Source: Octopus bimaculoides (taxonomy: Eukaryota). From it: DNA of 36,671 nt. The stretch covers positions 64,324,945-64,361,615 of the forward strand of contig NC_068991.1 in NCBI RefSeq assembly GCF_001194135.2. The letters are read 5' to 3'. Below are positions 35,466 to 36,671 of the stretch, in pieces; positions within the stretch are counted from its first letter, which is position 1, and every line of letters begins with the position of its first letter. The position numbers were made by a program, and so were the translations under genes. The notes below the pieces were generated by a model. That model did not search any database. It was not told the DNA's origin and was given only the letters and a program-made list of their open reading frames with translations.

Positions 35466-36526
35466 AATAATAATAATAATAATAATGATAATAATAATAA
35501 TAATAATAAGAGAATCACAACAAACTACAGCACATACCCAAGCCACTACGCTCGGTAGTGTAGTGCACACGATAAAAATAAGACTTCTGTATAATGATAA
35601 TAATAAGTGTCGTTGGAAATTGTGAGATAATAACGATGTCACTGATCTGTGATTTATGCAGTTTATGAAGCATTAACCACTGACATTTCAACATATCTTT
35701 TACATGAACGAAGACAATGCTTTGCTATCATTCGGATTAGGCTTTCCTTTGATGTAATATTTACATAAGCTTACAATAATAAGTAAGTTTCGACGCAGTA
35801 TGATATTGTCGCTAGTGCTGTTGTTGTTGTTATTATTGTTACTTTATTGTTATTATTATTGTTATTAATTTCAGAATATGGATATTTTCAATAGCTGAGA
35901 AAAAACAACGAGAAACCAATCCAGGAGAACTGAAAGCGTATATAGAATAGAAGTTGAAAGTTAAGGTACAATAATGAAAGCCTGAGAACTAAATGGCATG
36001 TCACACTTAAGTTTCAACATTTAGGAATATTCACATACACAACACACACAACCACACCAAGTAACACCTATCTAACACACGCAGAAGCATAACAAGCCAC
36101 CACTACCTTCTACTCGACACCATCTCCTTTGCAATTCAATAATTATTAGTAGAACGCGAACGCAATGTGAGAAACTGACACTGAATTTGTAAGAGTAATA
36201 CACAATATAATCGTGGTGTTTAGCATTAAAACAAGTAATAGTACATAGAACGTAGTACAATTGCTGTATGGACTTTACTCGAAAAGACTCCCCCGCGCTA
36301 AATGCACGGCAAAACGTGTCGCTCGGTTCAATAGTACTATCTTATAACTGATCGGCTTCCACCTAATTCATCTTCCACGTAATTCGTCTTCAGTTGATAA
36401 CATTCTACTTGTCTGATATAATCTGGGTATGCTCAAACTGATGATCCACCGTATCAGTATTACTGGAGTGTGTATAGACATAGAAGACATGTGAGCAATG
36501 TACTCAACTCTTGATTTCCAAGTAAA

Positions 36527-36636
36527 TGGTTCCGGTGGCACCTTGGGAAAGTGTCTTCTACTATAGCCTCGGGCCGACCAAGGACTTGTGAGTGGATTTG
36601 GTAGGCGGAAACTGAGAGAAGTCCGTCGTATATATG

Positions 36637-36645
<9 letters not shown>
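36527..36645 (+). mobile_element. SINE family C, core fragment running into (TA)n
   Basis: ggttccggtggcaccttgggaaagtgtcttctactatagcctcgggccgaccaagg..ttgtgagtggatttggtaggcggaaactgagagaagtccgtcgtatat. Confidence 0.88.

Positions 36646-36671
<26 letters not shown>

Noticed and set aside
36260-36500. Higher-complexity stretch that looks coding
   Set aside because: Stops in all six frames within short distances; no coherent exon model

Overview
AT-rich, repeat-dense animal genomic DNA from a gapped short-read assembly (9 N-gaps, about 3.9 kb, nearly all flanked by microsatellites). The repeat content looks like an octopus genome; this is an inference from my recall of its SINE families, not a database result. 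No host gene can be named. Nearly all long ORFs in the track are artefacts of N-runs or (TA)/(CA)/(AAT)/(CAT) repeats. Well supported: (i) three tRNA-head SINE families, labelled here A (about 20 copies or fragments, (ATT)n tail), B (4 near-full copies, (CAA)n tail) and C (about 8 copies, internal TA/TG microsatellite); (ii) a dead Tc1/mariner transposase of DD37D (maT) type at 29495-30427, minus strand; (iii) several decayed R4/Dong-like non-LTR retrotransposons with a restriction-like endonuclease (RLE), tied to (TAA)n tracts (19436-19787, 26285-28060, 35210-35465), one carrying a nested SINE B with a 9-bp TSD; (iv) RTE-like remnants. Most intriguing but speculative: a symmetric 333-bp phase-2/2 Ig-like exon candidate (21157-21489, minus) interrupted only by TAG/TAA codons (pseudo-exon, or A-to-I stop-to-Trp rescue); a possible two-exon C-terminus ending in a PDZ-type motif (10535-11038, minus); and an orphan hairpin-ended element embedded in AAT/AAC repeats (34258-34820). 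I found no firm evidence of a wholly new biological system.
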